NCBI GenBank assembly: GCA_012295275.1
Contig: CM022669.1
Coordinates: forward strand, 12,028,001 to 12,092,000
Source: Chrysomallon squamiferum
Lineage: Eukaryota > Animalia > Mollusca
Direction of reading: 5' to 3'
DNA: 64,000 bases
The position numbers and the translations under genes are program-made. A model generated the notes under the pieces. It had not been told where the DNA came from. It did not search any database and saw only the letters and a list, made by a program, of their open reading frames with translations. Below are positions 39,901 to 64,000 of the stretch, one piece after another; within the stretch, counting starts at the first letter, position 1; the number at the start of each line of letters is the position of its first letter.

Positions 39901-41502
39901 TATGGTTTAAGGTAAAATGGAAATTGCATGCACAATACAAAAGATAATTTAATGTTTTAGCTGAATAAACATTTTTTCTTGAATTTAGATAAAAATCTAG
40001 AATTGACACTATCTGGGTCAGGCAAAAAATGTTTGATGTAAGAGCAATTGTAATGTGATAATTTTAAATTACATTTGTTTTGAGATATTCCAGTATATTT
40101 TATTCATTTTAATATGATACAAGTACTTGATGCCAAACTTTGCTAATAATAAAGGATGATAATACACTTGTTATAATACATTCAGGTAACCTATATCTGT
40201 ATTACACCTTTCATAAATGATAAGTTAAAACAAACAAAAATCCATTTATTGATGATATAGCATCTTTATTTATTTCTGTATTTTCTTTTACAAAAATAAA
40301 GAAAAGGTTAGGCTTGGTAATGTTCCCTTGCTTGTTATTTTTTGGTTATACTTTATTATTAACAAAGTTTCAGGAAGCATGTTGTTTTTACTATTTTACT
40401 GTTATGGTGAATAAATAACCCAAATAAATTTGCCTAACATAGACCTGTGATTATTGTGATTATTGATCTATACAAAATGACCTATTTTAAATATTAAAAA
40501 TCTGGCATATCGTTTTTAGCTTGTACTTGTTTGTTGAAATCAACATTAAATAACAGTTGATTATACCAGTAATTATAAAAGAAGTAACATTGTTCTTTAG
40601 AACTTCCATTTATTATTACTATTATTATTTTTTTAATTTAGATTAAAAGTACATCCCACATTTTACTTTGTTAGCAACTGTTTGCTCATTTATTTTTGAA
40701 ATAAGAATCTTCGTGTTGTTTTGGTTTTTTTTTTTTTAATTTATATATTGTTTTTAATTGTTTAAGTTAATTTTAAATGGAGATTGTTCTTTCTTCTTTG
40801 AGATGTACACTGAAAACAATTATAAAAAAAAGTTAAATAATAATATATAAATACACCAGTAGAGATATTTTGCCAATGGTTTATTCACTACTTTAAATGC
40901 AGACACCCAAGAGTGAATAAATCTAGTAAAACTGAAAAATAAATTACATGAATCAATTATTTAACTGAATTTCTTTTTCTTTTTATTATTATTATTATTA
41001 TTATTATTTGTTTATATATTTATTAATAAATTTATTTATTTATTTATTTTTTATTAGGAATTACAATCAGAATGAATGAAATGAAAACCTGCGTATATTT
41101 TTAACCTATATTTTTAATTACAATAATGGGGGTTTTTGGCTTTTTTTAAATCTTTTATTATGTAGTTACTTTGCTTATAATTAGCAGACTAGTTTCTGGT
41201 AAAACAAATAAATACATATGTACATTTAGGCTAGTCCAAAATGGTTAAAATTTTTAATATTAAAAAAATAATGACATGAGAAACATTATGTATTTGTGCA
41301 TAATGAAAGATTTGTATAAGTACATTACTTGATGATGAAAATATAATCCTTGTTGGTTTTGTTTTTATATTTTTGTATTTATAAACATCTGTCTTTGGGT
41401 GATATAGTGATATATTTAATTTTATCTGGTTATAAACAATAAAAATATATTTAAAATGAAAACCAAAATAAAATTCTTAAAAGTTTTAACTTTTTATTTT
41501 TC

Positions 41503-41508
<6 letters not shown>

Positions 41509-41556
<48 letters not shown>
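41509..41556. repeat. (ATT)n microsatellite
   Basis: Direct reading. Confidence 0.95.
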
Positions 41557-41557
<1 letters not shown>

Positions 41558-42157
41558 CTTTAGTTATGTAATTTTTACAAAAGCACACACAATCTCAATT
41601 CACAACAGGATAAGCATTTCAGTTTAATTAATTAACTTTTTATTTAAATTTCAAGGCCTGTTGTAAAATAATGTTTAAAAAACTCAAAATGGAATGGAAT
41701 TGATGAATAAGTCTGAACTGAGTTATCAATAAAATATAAAGAATCTCATAACCAGTGCAGGGACATTATAGAAACTTTTTTTAATGTATGAATCTATCAA
41801 ACCATGAATTATTTTCTATTTATTTGTTTTTTAATTGTTGTTCACATACTTGATTTGACAATCAAAAGATGATTTTTAAAATAAATGATTGATTGATTGA
41901 TTTATTTACTTATTTTTTTATACAGAACTGTCTTTAAAATATTCATTCTTTATCTTTGGACTTTGTCTTAGTGCCAGGTAAATATCAGTATTTAGTACTT
42001 TAAATGTTAGCGCAAAAGATCTCAAAAACAAATAAACAAAATATATACTTAGAAATAACTTTTACATTCACTGATTTTAATGTTATCTTTAAGCTGGTAC
42101 AAAAAGAGAGGAGAGAGAAAATTCACAGAAAATATTTATTCATTATTATTGTGGGTT

Positions 42158-42163
42158 TATTAC

Positions 42164-42212
<49 letters not shown>

Positions 42213-42229
42213 ATTGTTGTTGTTGTTGT
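42158..42229. repeat. (ATT)n plus (GTT)n microsatellite
   Basis: Direct reading. Confidence 0.93.
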
Positions 42230-45200
42230 ATTTATTACACTATTTTATTATTCTGTTTTTTATATTGTTGTTATTTTATTATTATTTTCCTGACATCTCC
42301 ATTTTCTGTTATATTTGTTCTCTTTTTTTTTTCTTATTATAGTTATTATTTTTATTTATTACCATGTGCAATCTATTCAAAAATATTTTTGACATATTTA
42401 TTTGATATTGTTGAATTCATTCATTCATTTTGTTATTCATTCATTAAATTTGATCTATTCATTTCTTGTTTTCTAAGTCTTTTCATTATTTGTTTGCACA
42501 GAAAACCATTATAAAATTAACTATGCTAATAGACAGTGGTATACAACTGACTGGGGAAACAAAATAATGTGACACAGTATATAGTCCTTCTTGGCACATT
42601 ATTTGACAAAATAACTCAATAATAAAAAAATAAAAAAAACCAACAAGCTATTGGTTGCCAATAAAAAGCTTTAATATAAAAATATTGAACTATCATTAAA
42701 TATTCAATTATTTTAATTATACCTGTTTTTGAGTTAACTCCCTTGCCAATATACAAATATTTAATTGGAAAAAATAGTGCTGTGTTGTGTATCAAACAGA
42801 GGAAAAGAATAATGATTTGATTTGTCATGGCTACATGTACCAGGTTCTATAATGTTCCATTCTATATGGAAGTGAATATTTTAATAGTTAAATAAAAATA
42901 AAATGATTTTTAATGAGAATGTGTTTGTCTTTTAAAATTTATTCTTTTGTATTAAAAAACTTAACCTCAAAAAACTATTTATATATCTATTATTATTATT
43001 AGTAGTAGTAGTAGCAAATATTATTACTTTTATTATTACTACTAGTATTATTGAATGTTATTATTGTTTTTATTATTACAATTACTAGTTATTTAATATT
43101 ATTATTATTATTATTTACTCTAACCAAAAACACTTTGAAAGTGAGTTTGATAGTTTAACCATTTCATTTTGACTTGCTTGCTTCAGAAAGTATTTTTAAA
43201 AAGATGATGAAAAGTAACAGAAAACTGACTTTATTTATCCATAGTTAACACAAATTAATAAAGTAATCTTTAAATTATATACGTCACTAATATAACACTG
43301 GAAACACTTCAGTTTATTCTAATTTATTCTAACTTTTTTGAGTGCAAGAATGAGATGGAGAATTAAAACATACTTCCTAGCAGCTTATTTAATTATTTTG
43401 TTTATTTATTTCCATCCACTGCAACAGGAGAATAATTATATACGTCAGATGAATGATAAAGTTATTGGACAATTATAAAAAATGACACAGTGTACAGTAA
43501 AATATATCAGCTTTGCGTACCATTCAGAACTACGGTCTCTTTTATTTGCCATTTAAAATTTGAAAATAAAAGCATTCTTGGGTTGTAAAGATGTTTAATA
43601 AAGAAATTTTTTATAAAACACATAAAGCCACATTTTCTGAAAATTAATTGCATCAAGTATATTATTAATAAAACTGTTTCTGCATCTATGAAAAAAAAAG
43701 AGAAAAAAAAAAAGAGGAAAATCTTGAGTTTAAAAGGATTAAAACTCAATGGCTTCACATAAGTAATGCCAGTCAGGTGATTAGTTGTAATAAACAATTA
43801 TAAATAACGAAAACAATCTGAAATTATGTATACTATCATAGTTTTTATTGTCAATTAATGTTAAGGACATACATATGGTTAAATACACATTAGAAATAAA
43901 GAAAAACTAAAAATAAAATTAAAAAAAAAAAAAAAAACCCAACCAAATCCATTTGCCACACAATAGCAATAATATTGTTAATATAGCATGCATAGCTTTA
44001 AGTGATGCACAAAATAAATGACTTGCACACAGTGAAAGAACTGCAGCAGAAGCAAAAACTGTCTGAATTACATCATTAAATCAAATTAAATTTTCATGAA
44101 AAAATATCTTATAATTTTCATATTGAAAGGTAAACTCAAGAAACAAAAATTTAATTATCAAAAAGTAGAAAAATACACAATGATCTCTAGATGGCAGTTC
44201 CAGCACATATCATATTCTATTTATTTTGGAATATCTTATTAACTGACATTCGTTATTTTCTTTATTTTTATTTATTTTTGTCTTAAAATAATATTGTAAG
44301 AATGAAGGAGTTAAAAAATATATTTGATAAAATTCAAAAATAATGTACATTTGCAAAATTAAAAGTACCAGTTTAATATACTTCTGTGAAAGTCATAATT
44401 GGCAAGTTTTAAAAATATTTCTAATAATAATTATCTGGGCATTTTCTAAAACAAAATCCATCTACTAATGAATTTAGAAAAATATTTCAGGTGCATGCAT
44501 CAAAAGAACAGTACAATAGTACAATTTAAAAAAATGACACAAAATATTTAGAAGAGAATGTCATGGATTTAAACTGTGTTTTTTAAATTACTCTTTTTTT
44601 TAAAAATAAATTTTATTAGACAATAATGAAATTTAGGGTTGATTTAGGAATAATACACAGGTAACTGAGATGGAACAAAAAATGAGACCATGTATGAGAC
44701 AATACATAGAGTATGATTATTTTATTAAACTGAACACATGTCCACTGAAAAATATATCTTGAAATTCTGAATGTTTACCATGAAGCAAGTGATGTAGTTT
44801 TCCACACAAATCGGCTGCAATGAATTTAACAAATGTCAATAGACTCCTACTTTTCTCCCTGAACTGTTTTTCATCACCAGTATTTCTATTCAAAAGTGAA
44901 TTTAGCATTTCCTTCAAAGCTAATGAAAAAGGCCAATCTATTAAATTACTTGTTTTCCACTGTAATTTATCACAAATCTATCATGTTAAAGATCTGTTTC
45001 TGTGAAAGAAATTCTACTGAATTTTCTTTAAGCGTACTTTTATGAAGAATTTAATACTCATGTTGATTTGTTTTTGTTTTTGTTTTTTATTGTTGTCTTT
45101 TTTAAGTTTCTTATCAGGAATTCTATTTTGATAAGACCAGCTCAGGTAAGTATTTAGTTCTTCTGCAATGTGAATACTAAATTTATTTTAACCTGAAGTG

Positions 45201-47368
45201 ATCTGCTTTCTATAAATCACAGTAACATACACATTATGTTACTTTACCTTTCATCCAGAATTTAAAAAGAAACCCAATTGTGCTGATAAAGAAACTGAGA
45301 CAGTAATTCTTTGTACTGATCTGTCATTCACATAAGTTCTAAACCAGTTATTTGAATTATTATAAAAAATGAAAATATGGCAGACAAAATATATTTATAC
45401 ATCATCAAATTTATTCTGGTAACTTTCTCTAAATTTTATTTTTAAAAAATACATCTCAGTTCAGTTTTATATGAAAAATAAAAACACATTAATTGTAAAT
45501 AAAATATCAATTTGAAAATGGAGCAAATTCACTTACATCAATTAATCAATATATGCAAAGCAGCAAACAAAAGCATCTATAATCAGTACATTCTTAAGTG
45601 TTTAAAATAGATATAATAAAAAAGGTAGGAAAACTAATACATGTAATATTACAAGAAAAATTAAAAAGGACAACTAGTTAGTACATAATAAGAGTTTTGT
45701 ATTTTTTGTTGAAAAAGCAAAGAATAAAACACAAACATTTGTAACTCTTACAAAACAAATCATCTGGTTATCTCTGACATCACTGTTTTAATCATCACCT
45801 AGCATTTGTTGCTTGTACTGTGAAAAATATATTCTTTTTTGAGACAATTCTAGTACTTATGTCCAATACATCATACAGGCACCAAAAAATAGTAATAATT
45901 TAAAACAATGAATATTTCTTTAATTCATATATTGAAACTGAATATCCACCATTAATTATTTCTTTGGATACTATCTTCTTATTCTTTTTCTTTGTGTTTA
46001 CTCGGTGCTTGAAGGCAATTATCCACATCGTTTTAATAATGGAAATTTATACTGGACTTTAAACTGCACTGTAAAACTCTTATTTCAGTAACTTTCCACT
46101 GATTTCAAACTATCATAAAGTTAATTTTATTTCGGTAAATCTTTTAATTACACTTGTCTTTCTGTCACCATTATGAATAGCTGAATTAAGATAGCTGATG
46201 AATTTACCTGTATCAATATGACATTTTGCTGTCAATCTTTCCTGATAATCATTATCACTTTATATCATAGTGTCATTTTCTTACCACTGTACTCATTGAT
46301 TCTCCTACATGAATCTCCTAACATTTAATAAAAATGCCCAGAAAAAATATACATAGCTAGCAATGACAAAAAGAAAAGGAAATAAAAAGGGATTTAAAAT
46401 CTGAAATACTGGAAAGCTCTATCTGTTTTATTATCAAACAACAAAATAAAATAGACAAATGGATCAAAAATGCTCTAGACTCGTTACTTTTCTCATGAAT
46501 GTTTATGATCAGTGAAATAGTCGGATAGACATTTTGCTTTTACTTGTCACCACGACAACCAGAACTATGGCTATGTGTGACTGGTGCGACTGCCTCAAAA
46601 ACAATTTCTCCTTACGCAACAAATGATGTAACTAACACTCTTTTAAATTATAAACCTACTGTATACATCAATATTCTCTGCCAGAGCTACAAGTCAGATT
46701 CAATAACAATCACCAGCATATAGATTGGATATCTAGTTGTACAACCAAATAATTAATTGGAAATCTCTGTTTCATACAATCCATACGTAATTATTGTCAA
46801 TAAAGAAAAGGTTCTCAAAGTAACCAACTTCCAAGATTTAAAAAAAAGAAAAAGAAAAAAAAAGATAAAAATAATAATAAAACCACCATCTAAACATGTG
46901 GCCCCAAGTGACAGATTAACATAAAAGCCACAAACTGTTCTCATTTTGTGCATGATTCGCATGATTGCCATTTTGTTTTTGTTTCGGTTTTTTTTTCCAT
47001 TTTTTTTTTTTTTTTTTCCCCGTTTTTTAAAATACATATTTTAGTTTAAATTGGTTTCGGTGGCACACAAAATTTAGACATTTGATGTTTCCAGACAGTC
47101 CTCATTATTGATGCAGTGTCTGCCGTCGTGCCATGGTGTCTCCCCACTCAATCTGCTACCTGTGTGGTTGTCGGAGGGCCTTGCGGTCTCCGCGGCCCAC
47201 CTCGTCACATAACCACACTCTTGGTAGCCGTTGCTAGTCATCGTTTCTCCATGGGTGTTCACTGACACTGCAGATGGTAAGCTCACCGACATCAGTTTGT
47301 CTGCTGGTCACATTGATCATGTCGCTGCCATTCTGGCTCCTGTGCGCTTTTTTTTTATTTCTGCCCTT

Positions 47369-60625
<13,257 letters not shown>

Positions 60626-61200
60626 TGTTGAAAATCAGTACCTCTTTTAACCTTTTAACAATACATACAAACTAATAACTATTTTCATTAACAATATCAC
60701 TCGGTATTACTTTATAAATAAAGTTATTTTTTTCATCAACTCTACTATTTCACCGTTATTTGCCACACGCCATTCTGTTTGGTGGGTGACGTCAGGAACT
60801 ACGCATGTATATGTGACGTTATTCACAAAAGTACCTAAGTGTGACGTTTTCACAAATTGAAGAACAATAACTCTAAATGAGCATATTTTTTTCGGGAAAC
60901 TACATTTCTATCACATTTGAAAGGTTGTTTTTTTTATCCAGTATAAATATTATTAGTGTTACGTAATTTTTTAAAATATAAACGGATAATCTGTCTACTA
61001 CAAAATAATTAGCGTTAAATGTCAAAGATCATGATAAATTTGTATATTAGTAAAAATATGCATGATTCGACCGTTAAAGTTGGTAAAGTTCACGGTTCTA
61101 TTATAATATAATAAATATTATTTTGATTTAATCCTTCCCGGGTTATACACTGACAGCGACAGTGTGTCTGATTTATTTATTTAAATAATAATAATAATAA
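60626..61200. promoter_or_regulatory. Bidirectional promoter of UPF1 and the adjacent plus-strand gene
   Basis: Full CRE TGACGTCA 60787-60794; half-CREs TGACG at 60814 and 60842; YY1-like CGCCATTCT near 60768; ZNF143-like ACTACATTTCT 60899-60909; CpG retained. Confidence 0.65.
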
Positions 61201-61734
61201 TAATAATAATAATTAAATTACCATGAATCCTGAACGTGCTAATTCTTTTTAATATTTTTATTACATTATTTTAAAATCACTGATGTTTGTGTTAATCTAA
61301 ATATATTTTGTGTACTTAAAATTAATTAGAAATAAGACAAACACACACACACACAAAGACATACAATCATTATTAATAAATATAACTGATTTCATTCTTT
61401 GGGTCGATATTAATTTTATTTTATTTTATTGATTTTATTATTTATTTAATTATAAATATTTTGTTTAAAACTTTATTTTGTACACACAGAGTTCTTTTTA
61501 TTAGTTTTTTTATTTATCAGTAAAACATAGCTTATTAAAATATGAAGAAAATTCTGTAATTAGGTCTTAATTAAATATTCTTTATTTAACATGTTTTGAA
61601 ATAATGGTGCCATGATTATTCAAAACTGACAGGCATTTATTAAGCACTGTAGATTCTAAAAATTATAATGCCCATTTATAACTTTACATTTTAAAAAAAA
61701 ATATATATTTTTTTTATTTCAGATGGTTTTTTGA

Positions 61735-62483
61735 ATGCCTCAACTCTTGTGTGAATTGTTGTGCCGACATAAAACAACTTCATTAGTCTCAGCTACTTTT
61801 CATTTGTTGTATCAGCTAAATTGTGAACTTCAGGCCTGTGTTGAACATCTTAATGTTCACAAGCTGTTTCAATGCTCACACTCTGGAATGATTCCAAACC
61901 GCTTTTACTTGAATCCTGGTTTAGTTGATCCTAGAAATATTGACGTAAGTTCCCGTCATCCAGCAAATTTACCAAGGGCTCGTGCTGCCACTGCTCTTGT
62001 TCCTAAGCAGTTGAGCCCCAGATCGGCAGTTTACAGCAGGAATTCAGTTTTCTTTCCTATTCAGAATTACGTGCCTTACCCACTTGCTAATAATGTTCTA
62101 CTGCACAGCATCGCAACATTAGCAGTCTTGAAGTCTGTTGCCAGCGGACACTTTGAATCTGACGTGAGAGAAAATATCCGAGCAGACATTTTGAAAAAGA
62201 TTAACCACTGCTCTCAGTCTGATTCTCCTGTAGCTGAAAAGTTTACCTCTCCAAACATACTTTCACACATAGTGAATTGTCCTATGTCGTCAAACAGGCT
62301 TTCTCCAGCATCAAAACCAGTGTCAGCATCTGGGATTTCACCTGTTCCAAGCCAAGTGTCTCCATCCAGACTTTCACTTGTTACAAACCAAGTATCATCG
62401 TCTAGGCTTTCACCTGTGTCAAACACAATGTCGTCTGAGTCAACTTCAAAACAAGACAAAATGTATACGTCAAAGCTTGGAAA
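61735..62483 (+). CDS. First coding exon of a gene divergent from UPF1; Ser/Pro-rich N-terminus; tentatively poly(A) polymerase GLD-2/TENT2-like; better-context start at 61888 (MIPNRF)
   Basis: Acceptor TTTATTTCAG| at 61722, about 750 nt open with coding-like composition, donor AA|GTATGA (phase 2) joins in frame to 63469. Exon reality is well supported; identity is inference only. Confidence 0.7.
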
Positions 62484-63468
62484 GTATGATTATTTTTTTA
62501 TATTTATTAATTATTTTTTATGTTCAGTTTTCCTGTTGGTGTTTTTTTAATATAAATTTTGTAGTGTTGTTTGTTTTTATAACTATAAATTGCTAAAATT
62601 ACTGCTTATACTTATAGTAGAAAGAGTTTCTTTTTTTTAGCGAAGTTTTAAAGTGTAACTAAGGCAGTATTTAAACAAAAGGTTTAATAAAATTACTTAT
62701 ATTTCTCTAAGTTACTATTTTATTGTTCATGGCAACAAAATGTGTCAAAACTTTGAATGTTGTCATTTTATCTCTTTGCACCAAGAATCATGGCTTGATA
62801 GTGTACGCCGTGGACTGAATTCTGCTTATTTCTGACATTTCCACGGAAAAATGGCTGCACCCAGATTTTTTTCAGCTGTACTCTGTTGTTGTTATTCTTT
62901 GTTGTTAATTAAGATTGGAACAAAATAAAAAATATCACGGAAATAGACTCTTTCAACAAAGATACACTTAAAAAAACTTTAACCTTTTGAAAATTGTATT
63001 ATATAGTTCTCTTGCTTGTATTTTTATTTAATTTTTTATGTAGAGAAATACTGTTCATTGTAAATGCCAATACCAAATATTGATTCTTTGATGAACCATA
63101 TTTATTCAGTATAAGCATTGCCAAATATTGCCCTGAAAATTGATAGAAAATTTATTTAAGAAATAATGATGTTTTACTGATAAATCACATGTTGCAAGAC
63201 ATTTTCAACAAATACTTTTATTATAATTATAAATATAAGGCATTAATATTAAACAACCATATCATGTAAAGTTGGTAAAATAAGATTCCTTGTCCTGCGT
63301 TTATGCAACATTCAAACTTTTTTATGTTGAATTTATGTGCTAAAATGTGTTACTTACACATGAGTAAATATGGCAAGTAATTTTATGTTTGTTACACTTC
63401 TGTTTCTTTAAGAATTGCTTAGTATGAATGTTTATATTCTGAAACGTTAAAATTTAATTTTTTACTAG

Positions 63469-63598
63469 GCGAAGTCGTCAGTCAAGTCCTAAATATTCTC
63501 CTAAGAAGGCGAGAAAAGAAGAAAATAAACAGAGACAGAAAAGTCCAATACCGGATAATATTTTGCCAAGTACACCTTCTGGTTCAACTACAGACAAG
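63469..63598 (+). CDS. Next coding exon of the same gene (bipartite NLS-like); gene continues beyond the window
   Basis: TTTTTACTAG| K-RSRQSSPKYSPKKARKEENKQRQKSPIPDNILPSTPSGSTTDK, AAG|GTATAA (phase 0). Confidence 0.78.
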
Positions 63599-64000
63599 GT
63601 ATAAAGTATTTGTAAAAAACTCTGTTAGCATTTCAGGAACTTAGCAGTTACTCTTGGTCTTGTGCCTTTAAATCTGATTATTTTGAGTTGTGCGATTTTT
63701 ACCTTCTCTGCATTTTGAGGCATAAGATTTTAAGTCTCGCATTACTTACTTTCTGAGGAAAAAATATTCATATAAAAAATATCCCTTACTGCTAAAAGAA
63801 ACAATTAGGGCATTTCTTCACATGACTTACAGTCAGAAATAACAGCAGTTGCTGATGATCGACAGATTCATCAGTTTTGTGTTCTTAATACTGTTATTAA
63901 ATTAAACACACTTGAACTTTTTTTTATTTTATTATTTATTTTATTTTGTTAATTTTATTTTTTTAAGATAAGTGAAGCTATAAATATATATTTTTTTTCA

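Noticed and set aside
37000-47000. Hidden gene or transposase between RPRD2 and UPF1
   Set aside because: Only short low-complexity ORFs; composition fits UTR and intergenic DNA; no terminal repeats seen.
62808-62846. CCGTGGA..CTGA..TCCACGG as a snoRNA or miRNA
   Set aside because: Too short and lacks a C box; kept only as part of the promoter-like island.

Overview
AT-rich, microsatellite-dense animal genomic DNA with spliceosomal introns. It is probably a mollusc or other lophotrochozoan, inferred from protein similarity, composition and repeat style. Four protein-coding genes lie as two head-to-head pairs. (1) Chondroitin sulfate synthase (CHSY1-like, minus): only the first coding exon (25581-26399) is present, followed by an intron of more than 25.5 kb that fills the left of the window. 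(2) RPRD2-like Pol II CTD-interacting protein (plus, 9 coding exons, 28894-36979, ~1070 aa). (3) A complete UPF1 NMD helicase (minus, 25 coding exons, 47369-60625, 1109 aa by my splice model) containing a U12-type minor-spliceosome intron at 55174-55520. (4) The 5' part of a gene divergent from UPF1 (plus, from 61735/61888), tentatively GLD-2/TENT2. I found no prokaryotic, CRISPR or intact transposase signal, and no clearly new biological system. Best leads: the UPF1 minor intron with an immediate in-frame stop (possible minor-splicing/NMD feedback), the CRE-rich UPF1/putative GLD-2 bidirectional promoter, a perfect 88-bp AT palindrome between the CHSY1 and RPRD2 starts, a Ser-to-Trp change at a conserved UPF1 position, and a GC-rich block after the UPF1 stop. 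Exon boundaries were read by hand. Comparisons to human proteins are from memory and need alignment.
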